Notes: generated by a model not told the origin, from the sequence alone. A DNA stretch of 64,000 nt from an uncultured Planctomycetota bacterium (GCA_963719315.1 CAVRBU010000020.1:47014-111013), one strand, 5' to 3'; shown: positions 8,031 to 17,524, numbered from the stretch's first letter. Program-made: numbers and translations.

Positions 8031-11000
8031 GACAATCTCCACCGAGCCGCTTTCGACGCGGCGCGAGCTTGAACTGCTGCGCGATTTGCAGCGGTTGGCG
8101 AACGAGCGCGCGCAGGAGGAGCAGCGGATTCGCGAGACGCTCGCCACGGGCTTGCAGTCGGCCGAAAAGGTCCGCGACACCACGGCTGCGGATGTCGAGC
8201 GGCAGTTCGCCGAGTCGCGAACGGCCGCGACGAGCGAATACGAACAGATCACGAGCGCCGCGCGCGAGCGCTACGAGGACGAGCGCAACGCCGCACAAAA
8301 GGAGTACAAAGGCCTGCGGCAGGGCGTGGAGTCAGAGCTTTCGCGGGTCCGGGAGGCGGCGAAGAGCGAGCAGCAGAACGCCAGTTGGGAAGCACTCACG
8401 GTGTTCGATGCACTCAAGGGCCAGCCACGCGAAAAGTTTCTCGCCACAGTTCAGCAACTCAAGCGTCACAACCAAGAACTGGCCGTTCTGGAGCACGACG
8501 CGACGGAGATCATGAAGATGCGCCGCCAATGGCGCGAGTTTCCCGCCGTTGAACTATCGGCTGTCGGCCACGCCGTTTCGGAGAATGGTCAACCTCAGCC
8601 CACGGAACCGGCGGCCGTCGAGGTCGCCGTGCCGGCCGCTGCGCAACGTGGTTGGAAATCGCTGTCAAAAGTGCCCGCGGTCGTCGAGCAGGCGCCAGAC
8701 CCAGATGACGTTGAGCGGGCGATTCAACGAGCAGCAGTCGTGACTACAGCAGTGCGCGACGCGGCGGTCGCATTACAGCGCCAGATGTTGCCGCGCCTTT
8801 TCGAGGGCGGCACGCCCGTATGTGTCTTCCTCGCCGCGTGGGCGATCGCCGCGATTCCGTGCGCCATCGTGATCGGTTGGACCAACTGGATTTGGGTCGC
8901 CGCGAGTTTCGGCATTGCGATCGTCGCGACGGTGGGGTTGCTCGCCTGGCTGTGGCCCGTCGCGCGGGGAGAGAGTGGTCGGCAGTTTCAGACGATTCAA
9001 CAGCTTTTGGCGGACGCCCGGCAGGGCTTGAAGGAGGCTCTGGAAGCCGCCCGCGAACGTGGTGAATATGAGGCCCAGGCACTCGTTGCCGAGCGCGATA
9101 AGCACCTGACCTCGGCCGAGAAGAAACTGCTGGCGAAAGTTGGCGAGCGCGAGCGGTGGAAAGAAGGCGAGATCGACCGAGCGGGACAGACGTATCCGCA
9201 ACGCCTCGCGCAATTGCGCGGCGAATTGGACGATGCTCTTGCCGGCGCCAAAAACAAGCACTCGACTGCGTTGGCGCTCATCACCGAGAATCGGGACAAA
9301 CGCGAGGCCGAAAATCGAAATGAGTACGCGGAGCGGGTGCGCGAAGTGCGGGCGGAGCACGATCGAGAGTGGGAGGCGCTCAGCGAGCGGTGGCGAACGG
9401 GTCTCGCCGAGTTGAACGAGGCCTGGGCTCGTATCGACGCCGAGTGTGACCGATTGTTCCCCGATTGGGAAACAACACAATACGAAACGTGGTCCGCGCC
9501 GGTTGAGCCCACACCGGCCATTCAATTCGGCAACGTGACGCTCGATTTGTCTCAGGTCAAAAACGGCGTGCCGCAGGATGAGCGATTGCGGCCGGCGAAA
9601 ACGGCCATTCAATTGCCGGCGATGATGACACTCGAAGAGCATCCGGTGCTGCTCATCACGGCTGAAGAGGAGGGCCGACGCGAGGCGATCGAGGTGCTGC
9701 AGATCATGATGTTGCGATTCCTGACCGCTATGCCGCCGGGCAAGGTGCGGTTCACGATTCTCGACCCAGTGGGGCTGGGCGAAAACTTCGCATCATTCAT
9801 GCACCTGGGCGATTTTGATGAGCACCTCATCGCCAGCCGCATTTGGACCGAAGCCCGGCAGATCGACGAGCAGCTAACGCGGCTTACCGCCCATATGGAA
9901 ACCGTGCTGCAGAAGTATTTGCGAAATGAATTCGCAACGATTCACGAATACAACGCACAGGCGGGCGAGGTAGCCGAGCCGTTTCAGGTGTTGGTCGCGG
10001 CCAACTTCCCGACGAACTTCAGCGAGGCGGCAGCACGAAAACTTGTGAGCATCACCACGAGCGGGCCGCGTTGCGGCGTGTACACGTTGATCATGGTGGA
10101 TCGCAAGCAGAAAATGCCAGCCAACTTCGATCTCCATGATTTAGAGACCGGCGCGGTGCATCTCGACTGGGTGTCTGGGCTCGAGCGTCAGCGAGTCTCC
10201 AGCTTTCCCGATGATCCACCGTTTGGGGGCACGCCTTCGGCTCGACGCCAGACACCCGAGAGAGTGGGATTCCGCTGGCGCTACCCGGCGTTCGAGCATT
10301 TTCCGCTTGCACTCGATCGGCCGCCGTCGGCGGAGCGGTTCAACGATGTGGTCCGCGCCGCGGGGCGGGCCGCCAAGGACTCGATGAAGGTAGAAGTGCC
10401 CTTCGAGCAGGTTGCGCCGCCCGAGAACGAATATTGGACCGGCGACAGCGGGAAGGAGCTGGTCGTTCCGATCGGCCGGGCGGGCGCACGCCGTTTGCAG
10501 CCTGTGCGGTTGGGCAAGGGCACATCACAGCACTTGCTCGTGGCCGGCAAAACGGGTTCTGGAAAGTCGACGTTTTTGCACGCGCTCGTTACGAACACGG
10601 CGCTGATCTATGGCCCGGACCAGGTCGAGTTTTACCTCATCGACTTCAAGAAGGGGGTGGAATTCAAGACCTACGCGACGCACCGCTTGCCACACGCGCG
10701 GGTCATCGCGATCGAGAGCGAACGGGAGTTCGGCCTGAGCGTGCTGGAACGGCTGGACGGAGAATTGCGGCACCGCGGCGAATTGTTTCGCGCGGCGGGC
10801 GTGCAGGATTTGCCGGATTATCGCCGGTCGCGGCCCAACGTGAACATGCCTCGGGTATTGTTGATCGTGGACGAATTCCAAGAGTTGTTCGTCGAAGACG
10901 ACAAGCTCGCGCAAGACGCCGGTTTGCTTCTCGATCGGTTGGTGCGACAAGGTCGCGCGTTCGGGATTCACGTATTATTGGGTTCGCAGACGTTGAGCGG

Positions 11001-12231
11001 TGCGTATTCGCTCGCTCGCAGCACGATGGGGCAAATGGCGGTGCGCGTGGCCCTGCAATGCAGTGAGGCCGATGCTCACCTGATTCTCAGCGACGAACGC
11101 AACGAGGCGGCGCGTTTTTTGAGCCGGCCGGGCGAAGCGGTTTACAACGATCAGAACGGCTTGCTGGCCGGCAACCAGCCGTTTCAGGTGGTATGGCTCA
11201 GCGAATCGCAACGGGTCGATTACCTGCGTCAGATCGAAAATAAGTACCGGGAGCAAGGAGCTACCCGCGGTATGTCTGGTCTGGAAACGATCGTGTTCGA
11301 AGGCGATCAGGCCGCGGACCCGTCGGATAACGTGCAATTGCGGGAAATGATGGAGCGCGGTCCGAGCGGCACGGGGGGTGCATCGCAAAAGGCGTGGCTC
11401 GGCTCTGCCGTGGCCATTAAAGAACCGACCGCAGCCACGTTCGCCCGTCATTCAGGCAGCAATCTGTTGGTCGTTGGCGCCTGGGAAGATTCAGCGCTGG
11501 GTGTGCTGGCGAACGCGGTCGTGTCGCTTGCGGTGCAGAACAAGGCAGGGAGCACGGAGCAAGGAGCAGGGGATGAAAAATCGTCCGAAGCTCCCCGCTC
11601 CCCGCTCCCCGCTCCTCGCTTTTACGTCCTCGATGGCACGCGTCCCGAGTCGTTGGAGGCCGGCACCTGGCAACGAATCGCGGAGGCGCTTCCGCACCAA
11701 ATCGAAGTGGCGAGCCCGCGCGACACGGCCCGAGTGATCGGCGAGATCACCGCTGAACTAGCACGGCGTGAGGCAGCCGGCGAAGAAAACGCTCCACCCA
11801 TTTATCTCGTCATCTTCAACGGCGGCCGCTTCCGCGAGTTGCGCCGCAGCGAAGATGATTTCAGTTTCTCCACGGATCGCGACAAACCGCCCAGCCCCGA
11901 CAAGCAATGGGCCGAGATACTTAAGAACGGCCCGGCCTGGGGCATCCACTCGCTCGTCTGGTGTGACTCCTACAACAACGTGAGCCGCATCCTCGACCGC
12001 ATGGCGATGCGCGAATTCGAAATGCGCGTGGCCTTCCAAATGAGCGCGGCCGACTCGGCGAGCTTCCTCGACAACCCGGCCGCCACAAAGCTCTGCCAAC
12101 ATCGCGGGCTGTTCGCGAGCGAAGACCTCGGCACGATTGAGAAGTTTCGACCGTATGGGATACCGACGAATGCGTGGTTGGCCGAAGTGCGACGGGCCGT
12201 CGAAAGGCCAGGAAACGGCAACGTCGTTTAG
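8014..12231 (+). CDS. FtsK/SpoIIIE-domain ATPase, EccC/EssC-like
   Basis: N-terminal coiled coils, two TM helices, intact ATPase (HLLVAGKTGSGKS; LLIVDEFQ; RQGRAFGIH) flanked by two degenerate RecA-like domains. Confidence 0.9.
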   Translation: MTASRETISTEPLSTRRELELLRDLQRLANERAQEEQRIRETLATGLQSAEKVRDTTAADVERQFAESRTAATSEYEQITSAARERYEDERNAAQKEYKGLRQGVESELSRVREAAKSEQQNASWEALTVFDALKGQPREKFLATVQQLKRHNQELAVLEHDATEIMKMRRQWREFPAVELSAVGHAVSENGQPQPTEPAAVEVAVPAAAQRGWKSLSKVPAVVEQAPDPDDVERAIQRAAVVTTAVRDAAVALQRQMLPRLFEGGTPVCVFLAAWAIAAIPCAIVIGWTNWIWVAASFGIAIVATVGLLAWLWPVARGESGRQFQTIQQLLADARQGLKEALEAARERGEYEAQALVAERDKHLTSAEKKLLAKVGERERWKEGEIDRAGQTYPQRLAQLRGELDDALAGAKNKHSTALALITENRDKREAENRNEYAERVREVRAEHDREWEALSERWRTGLAELNEAWARIDAECDRLFPDWETTQYETWSAPVEPTPAIQFGNVTLDLSQVKNGVPQDERLRPAKTAIQLPAMMTLEEHPVLLITAEEEGRREAIEVLQIMMLRFLTAMPPGKVRFTILDPVGLGENFASFMHLGDFDEHLIASRIWTEARQIDEQLTRLTAHMETVLQKYLRNEFATIHEYNAQAGEVAEPFQVLVAANFPTNFSEAAARKLVSITTSGPRCGVYTLIMVDRKQKMPANFDLHDLETGAVHLDWVSGLERQRVSSFPDDPPFGGTPSARRQTPERVGFRWRYPAFEHFPLALDRPPSAERFNDVVRAAGRAAKDSMKVEVPFEQVAPPENEYWTGDSGKELVVPIGRAGARRLQPVRLGKGTSQHLLVAGKTGSGKSTFLHALVTNTALIYGPDQVEFYLIDFKKGVEFKTYATHRLPHARVIAIESEREFGLSVLERLDGELRHRGELFRAAGVQDLPDYRRSRPNVNMPRVLLIVDEFQELFVEDDKLAQDAGLLLDRLVRQGRAFGIHVLLGSQTLSGAYSLARSTMGQMAVRVALQCSEADAHLILSDERNEAARFLSRPGEAVYNDQNGLLAGNQPFQVVWLSESQRVDYLRQIENKYREQGATRGMSGLETIVFEGDQAADPSDNVQLREMMERGPSGTGGASQKAWLGSAVAIKEPTAATFARHSGSNLLVVGAWEDSALGVLANAVVSLAVQNKAGSTEQGAGDEKSSEAPRSPLPAPRFYVLDGTRPESLEAGTWQRIAEALPHQIEVASPRDTARVIGEITAELARREAAGEENAPPIYLVIFNGGRFRELRRSEDDFSFSTDRDKPPSPDKQWAEILKNGPAWGIHSLVWCDSYNNVSRILDRMAMREFEMRVAFQMSAADSASFLDNPAATKLCQHRGLFASEDLGTIEKFRPYGIPTNAWLAEVRRAVERPGNGNVV

Positions 12232-12320
12232 CCGGGTGCGCCAGTCCACAGGTAGGCTCAATTCGACTGTGCCCTTAACTAGCGCTATACTATATTGATG
12301 TTGTCTATCGGGAGTCGCAT

Positions 12321-12578
12321 ATGAGTACCGCCGCTATCCATCTCGATCGCTTGCTGGAGCCGTTTGCCATCTGTTTGACGCCGGATGTAGCGGCCAAAGT
12401 GGCCGACATGCGAGTCGACGATGAGATGCAGCGGCGCATCGATCATTTAGCGGATCGCGCTAACGAAGGCTTGCTCACATCCGACGAAAACGACGAATAC
12501 GCCGGCTATTTACGCGCGATTGATGTGATCGCAGTTTTACAAGCCAAGGCCCGTTCCCAACTGCGCAAACAACCGTGA
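12321..12578 (+). CDS. Hypothetical protein, putative antitoxin partner of the HNH nuclease
   Basis: 85 aa, RANEGLLT..E..EY motif, GTGA-coupled to the HNH gene. Confidence 0.7.
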   Translation: MSTAAIHLDRLLEPFAICLTPDVAAKVADMRVDDEMQRRIDHLADRANEGLLTSDENDEYAGYLRAIDVIAVLQAKARSQLRKQP

Positions 12579-12985
12579 TCGACCAAGCTTTGCGTTCCGT
12601 AGTTCGCCTTCGAGCGGGCGACCTATGCGAGTATTGTCGACTGCCGCAAGCGTCCTCGCGATATGTCCGATTTCACACGGAACATATCGTAGCGCTGCAA
12701 CATGGTGGTCCTAGCGACGCAGATAACCTTGCGTTGGCGTGCGGATATTGTAATCACCATAAGGGGCCGAACATTGCCAGCCTAGATCCGGACACAGGCC
12801 AACTGATAGCTCTGTTTCATCCGAGGCGCGATTTGTGGTCCGATCATTTCGCGTGGGACGATACGGTGATCGTCGGCCAAACTCCCGTGGGACGGGCGAC
12901 TGTTCGACTCTTGGGAATGAACGACTGGCAGCGTATCGAATTGCGCGAGAATCTCCAATCGCTCGGAGAACCGTTCGCGGGATGA
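12575..12985 (+). CDS. HNH endonuclease
   Basis: CEYC...EHIVALQHGG....NLALACGYCNHHKG; LFHPRRDLWSDHF. Confidence 0.9.
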   Translation: MIDQALRSVVRLRAGDLCEYCRLPQASSRYVRFHTEHIVALQHGGPSDADNLALACGYCNHHKGPNIASLDPDTGQLIALFHPRRDLWSDHFAWDDTVIVGQTPVGRATVRLLGMNDWQRIELRENLQSLGEPFAG

Positions 12986-12998
12986 GATTCACGATTGC

Positions 12999-13115
12999 GG
13001 ACTGTTCGCTGGCGAAGACCTCGGTACCATCGAAGAATTCCGGCCGTATGGAATTCCGACGGATGAATGGCTAAAAACCGTCGGTCTGACTATTGCCGAT
13101 CGACGGACGCATTAG
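12999..13115 (+). repeat. Diverged duplicate of the FtsK gene 3' end (start-less C-terminal remnant)
   Basis: Encodes GLFAGEDLGTIEEFRPYGIPTDEWL vs GLFASEDLGTIEKFRPYGIPTNAWL at 12106-12180. Confidence 0.85.
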
Positions 13116-13704
13116 CCGGTTTCAAGTGCCAATTGAAAGTTGCACTTCCTGCACCTAGCTTTACAAGTGCTATCTGCGATTCTTTTACTAGCCAATGATC
13201 GCCAGACTTGCTGGCGCACTTCAATGTCGGAACAGCTTTTCGCGCAGGCTCTCCGATATTTCCGAGTGCGCGAGCGGCGTAAACGGTGCTGAATTCAGAA
13301 AAGAAGCTGGGGTTCGAAAGTGCGAATTCGAGCTTGCGGACTAGAATGTCAACGGCAGGTGCCGAAGGCGGCCCAATTTCGGAAAGTGCGCGTATTGCCG
13401 CATCTTCTACGAATTTGTCGCCGCAGTTCGCAGCGCGAATCAGGGCCGGCACGGCGGGTGCGGCGTGCAACCTCGTCGTTCCTAACGCGTAGCACGCGCG
13501 GCAACGGCCAAATCGCCAGTTGCCATTTACTAGTTCAATGAGTTCATGGAGTGCGCGCTGTCCCTCTTTCGAATCGGGATTTGCATTGATAACTGCCGCT
13601 ATTTCATCTGTATGCCGCGAAATGTATTTACGATCTTCGACTGTATCGCCGCAGCCAGTCGTTGCGACGAACCACGCAAGCAACAGTGGCCAGTAATAGC
13701 ACAC
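13090..13704 (-). CDS. HEAT-repeat lipoprotein
   Basis: Signal peptide with lipobox-like TTGC; repeats AVPALI, AAIRALSEIGP, AARALGNIGEPARKAVPTL. Confidence 0.75.
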   Translation of the reverse strand: MCYYWPLLLAWFVATTGCGDTVEDRKYISRHTDEIAAVINANPDSKEGQRALHELIELVNGNWRFGRCRACYALGTTRLHAAPAVPALIRAANCGDKFVEDAAIRALSEIGPPSAPAVDILVRKLEFALSNPSFFSEFSTVYAARALGNIGEPARKAVPTLKCASKSGDHWLVKESQIALVKLGAGSATFNWHLKPANASVDRQ

Positions 13705-13830
13705 GTTTCAGACCCACGATAAGCTGTGATGCTAGTAATATTCGATGTGCATATAGCACAGCTTTCCGAGTACAATCGGTTGCGAGAAACGAGAACATCC
13801 AGGCAAATAGTAAAAGTAGCACTCTGGAAA

Positions 13831-14229
13831 TCAGCGGCGGGCTAGAAACAATGTCGGATCGACGTGAAAATACTCGGCCAGCCGGAATGCATTTTCCACA
13901 CTGATTGAACGCTTGCCTTTGAGCGCCTCACTGATTGTCGAACGGGGAACGCCAATTGCGCGGGCAAACTCCGCCTGAGATTTTCCGCTGCTCTCTAGGA
14001 GATGTTGTAGAATATCGCGCGGCGGAACGTTGGGCGTGGGGTATATTTGCTCCTCATAGTCGTTTGCGAGTTTCGACAGCAGCTCCAAAAGCGTGTTCTG
14101 TGCAGGCGATCGCCGCGGCAGCTTCATCAGGCGATCAATCCATTTGAGAGCGCGCTCGTGCGTCTTTTCATCGTGAATGACGCGCGGTTGAGCTTCTTGT
14201 AACAGACTCGCGTAGGTTGTCGATGCCAT
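13831..14229 (-). CDS. higA: HigA-type HTH antitoxin
   Basis: LELLSKLANDYE...SQAEFARAIGVPRSTISEALKGKRSIS; downstream of the toxin gene. Confidence 0.85.
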   Translation of the reverse strand: MASTTYASLLQEAQPRVIHDEKTHERALKWIDRLMKLPRRSPAQNTLLELLSKLANDYEEQIYPTPNVPPRDILQHLLESSGKSQAEFARAIGVPRSTISEALKGKRSISVENAFRLAEYFHVDPTLFLARR

Positions 14230-14231
14230 GG

Positions 14232-14540
14232 TTAGCAGTCCTTTTTCCAATCGCCGCGATCATATTCCGCATGCGTAAGAAAGTGTTTGAAGTATAGTGT
14301 GCCCGTTCCTGCTGCCTTGGGACGGGAATAGTAAACTCCGACAATGAGGCGCCTCGCTCCCGGTGCATCAAACACCAAGCAGTCGCCTACCTGATCCGCA
14401 GTCGGATATGCAGTGCGAACTTTGTGTAAGCTGGTCCAGTGAGCGTCGCGGGATGTCTTCCACCAATCATCCAGCCATTTCCGACATTGCGGATGACGGG
14501 CCTGTGCTGTGCGGACTGCACGGCGGCTGATGACATTCAT
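14232..14540 (-). CDS. higB: HigB-type toxin (RelE-like)
   Basis: MNVISRR...W...ADQVGDCLVFD...FLTHAEYDRGDWK signature. Confidence 0.85.
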   Translation of the reverse strand: MNVISRRAVRTAQARHPQCRKWLDDWWKTSRDAHWTSLHKVRTAYPTADQVGDCLVFDAPGARRLIVGVYYSRPKAAGTGTLYFKHFLTHAEYDRGDWKKDC

Positions 14541-14588
14541 TCGTCTAATTCTAGCATGTTCGCAATATGCGAACAAGTCCGGAATCAT

Positions 14589-15581
14589 TCATCCAGAGAG
14601 CTTTTCCGCCGATTGGGCGAAGACTTCAGCAATTACTTCTTCCAGCGGCGGGTCTTCGACGCTCACGTCTTCGAGCGTGTGGTTGGCCAGCACAGTGGAG
14701 AGGACCTCGGAGATCTTTTGGCGATCGACTCGGAGTTTTACGCGCGGCTCGACCAGCTCGACCACTTCGCCGTAGCGGCTGAAGTCGCTCGGCAATTGGC
14801 CGTTGGCGAACAGCAGCGTCAGCACTTTGTGGCTGCTGAAGCGGTCGATAATGCCGGCCAGCGAGCCGTCGTAGACGATTTGGCCGTGGTTGATGACGAC
14901 CACGCGGCGGCAGAGGGCGGCCACGTCTTTCATGTAATGGCTAGTGAGCAGGACGGTGATTCCTCGGACTTCCTGGTAGTGTTTCAGGAATTTCTGAATG
15001 TTGTGCTGTGCCACGACATCGAGCCCGATCGTCGGCTCATCGAGGAATAGAACTTCGGGCGAGTGGAGCAGGGCGGCGATCAGTTCCATCTTCATTCGCT
15101 CGCCGAGCGACAGTTCCCGGACGGGCTGGTTGAGCAGCCGACGAACGTCCAGCAAATCGACGAGCTCGTCCTGGGTGCGGCCGTATTGTACGGCGTCGAT
15201 GCGGTAGATTTGCTGGTGCAGGCGGAACGATTCGGCGGCGGGCAGGTCCCACCACAACTGATTCTTCTGTCCCATCACGAGCGCGAACCGGCGGCGGTAG
15301 GCGTTGTCGCGCTGCCAGGGCACGAAACCGAGAACGCGAGCCTCGCCGCCGGTGGGGTTGATAACGCCGGAAAGGAGTTTGAGCGTCGTGGTTTTACCGG
15401 CGCCGTTGGGGCCAAGGAACGCGACGAACTCGCCTGCTGCGACATCCAGGTCGATGCCTCGGACGGCGTTTACCTCGCGATATTCGCGATGAAAAAGCCC
15501 CGAGAGTGCGGCCCGCAGGCCTTCTTTCTTGTGGTAGACGCGATACGACTTTTGCAGGCCGCGAATTTCGATGACGGACAT
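14589..15581 (-). CDS. ABC-2 type transporter ATP-binding protein
   Basis: [47 protein letters not shown]. Confidence 0.92.
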   Translation of the reverse strand: MSVIEIRGLQKSYRVYHKKEGLRAALSGLFHREYREVNAVRGIDLDVAAGEFVAFLGPNGAGKTTTLKLLSGVINPTGGEARVLGFVPWQRDNAYRRRFALVMGQKNQLWWDLPAAESFRLHQQIYRIDAVQYGRTQDELVDLLDVRRLLNQPVRELSLGERMKMELIAALLHSPEVLFLDEPTIGLDVVAQHNIQKFLKHYQEVRGITVLLTSHYMKDVAALCRRVVVINHGQIVYDGSLAGIIDRFSSHKVLTLLFANGQLPSDFSRYGEVVELVEPRVKLRVDRQKISEVLSTVLANHTLEDVSVEDPPLEEVIAEVFAQSAEKLSG

Positions 15582-15714
15582 ACGGGCGTGATTATACGTC
15601 CGGCCTTAGCGTGCGAGTAGGTAGGGAATTGCAAAATGAAAAATGCGAAAGGTTGGATGGGTGGCATGCTCTTCCGCCGAGGTGGGTGAGCATGGCTTGA
15701 GCGAGTCAGCATGC

Positions 15715-17078
15715 TTATGCCGCTTCGCGTCGAAAGTACGGCCCCTGATTCTCTAGTACTTGTTCCAGTAGACCGACAGTGCGGGCGGTAGCGCCGAGAT
15801 TGGATTGCACGAGCGTTTGAGCGCGACTGCCGAGTGCGGCGGCGTATGCCGGTTCTTCGAGACAACGGCGCACGAAGGATGCGAGCGCGGCAGCGTCGTT
15901 GACGACGACGGCGGCATCGGCTTTTTGAAGTGCGGCGACGATGTCGCGGAAGTTCCAGGTGTGGGGGCCGAAGGAGACGGCGGCGCCATAGGCGGCCGGT
16001 TCGAGCATATTCTGTCCGCCGCGGCTGCCGAAGCTGCCGCCGACAAAGGCGATGTGTGCAGCGCCCACCAGGCGCCGAGCTCGCCGACGGTGTCGACGAG
16101 AACGATGGGCCGGCGATGCGTAGCATCGCGGCTAGTCAGACTTCCATTCCCGCTTGGGGAGGGGTTAGGCGAAAGTTCGAGGTGCGAGCGGCGGAGCCAT
16201 GGAATGTGGGAGGCGTCGAGTTGTTGCGCGACGACGTTGAATCGTTCGGGATGGCGGGGGACCAGGATTAGGCGCAGCCGCGGGTGCTGCGGCGCGAGAC
16301 GGCGGAAGATGTCGATCGCGACTTGCTCTTCGGGCTCTTGCGTACTGCCGGCGAGGAAAACGATGTCGTCCTCCGCGATGCCGGCGAGCGCGCGGAACAT
16401 TTGTGTACGCTGGTTGTGGCGATCGGTTTGAGCGCCGTCGTACTTAAGTGAGCCGGTGATATGGACGCGCTCGGCAGGCGCGCCGAGTGCGCGGAAACGG
16501 GCGGCGGATTCGTCAGTTTGGGCCGCGATCAGGTCGATTTGTCGTAGAATGCGGGCGACGAACGGGCGGACGCGGCGATAGCCAGGGAAGCTGTGGTCGC
16601 TAAGCCGGCCATTGACGATCGCGACGCGGGCGCCGTGCTCCCGGGCGGCCATGATGAGATTTGGCCAGAGCTCCAACTCGGCAAGAACTAGCATCGTAGG
16701 CCGGATGCGGCGCATGGCGCTGCGAACGGCCCAACTGAAATCGAGTGGGCAGTAAAAGACTGTGAGGTCGGCGTACTTCTTGCGAGCCAGTTCATAACCG
16801 GTGCGGCTGGTCGTGGAGACGACGAATCGCCAAGCGGGGTGGGCCGCACGGAGCTCACGAAGCAGCGTTGGCAGCAGGTTCACTTCACCGACACTGACGG
16901 CGTGAATCCAGATGCACGTGTCATCGCCTTCGCGCCGCGGCACGAGCCCCAGCAATTTCTCACGAAATCCTTCGCGATACTTGCCGGTGCGGAATGCCTG
17001 CCACACGATCAGCGGAGACGTGATCGTGATGACCGCCAGGTAGAGGACGTTTAGCAGCCAGGAGATGAGTCGCGTCAT
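15715..17078 (-). CDS. waaA: 3-deoxy-D-manno-octulosonic acid (Kdo) transferase, frameshift ~16065
   Basis: IWIHAVSVGEV, ELELWPN, TGSLKYD, LVPRHPERF, DTVGEL; continues as AFVGGS..GGQNMLEPA in another frame. Confidence 0.92.
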
Positions 17079-17105
17079 GCGGGATTCCTTTCCCAGTTGC
17101 GCAGA

Positions 17106-17510
17106 TCAGTTCGAGCCAGTATCGCGGTTAAGGAAGTCGAGGTTCATTCTCGGTTGTGCGGGCGATTCAATGGTTGGCGCTGCTGGCGACATTTCAACTC
17201 TAATCGATTCGCCCCGCATAATCTCACTCTCACGAGCCCCGCCCATTATTGCCCGCTCAACGTCCCACGGCACGCCGACATTGGAGTTCTGCTCAGTGTG
17301 CTTGGCGGATTCGATCAACTTAAAAACGGGTTTATGCTCGGAGCTATCGTTTGACTTCGCTTCGCCAACAGTCACAACAGTAGGATTGTTTTGCAGTCGC
17401 TTATTAAGCGATTCAAGCGTTTTTTCGAGCGATCGAACGCGTAGCCAAAACATTGCAATGGTTGATAGCAGGACCACAGCGAATACCGAAATGGCTAGTT
17501 TCTTTTTCAT
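17106..17510 (-). CDS. Hypothetical membrane-anchored protein (AT-richer)
   Basis: MKKK plus hydrophobic N-terminus; composition differs from flanking genes. Confidence 0.55.
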   Translation of the reverse strand: MKKKLAISVFAVVLLSTIAMFWLRVRSLEKTLESLNKRLQNNPTVVTVGEAKSNDSSEHKPVFKLIESAKHTEQNSNVGVPWDVERAIMGGARESEIMRGESIRVEMSPAAPTIESPAQPRMNLDFLNRDTGSN

Positions 17511-17524
17511 GCTGTGACCTTGCG

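Noticed and set aside
8014..12231. Annotation as cell-division FtsK
   Set aside because: No gamma domain or four-TM N-terminal region recognised; multi-module ATPase next to WXG100 genes
12321..14540. Prophage or integrative element
   Set aside because: No integrase, transposase, tRNA target or phage genes
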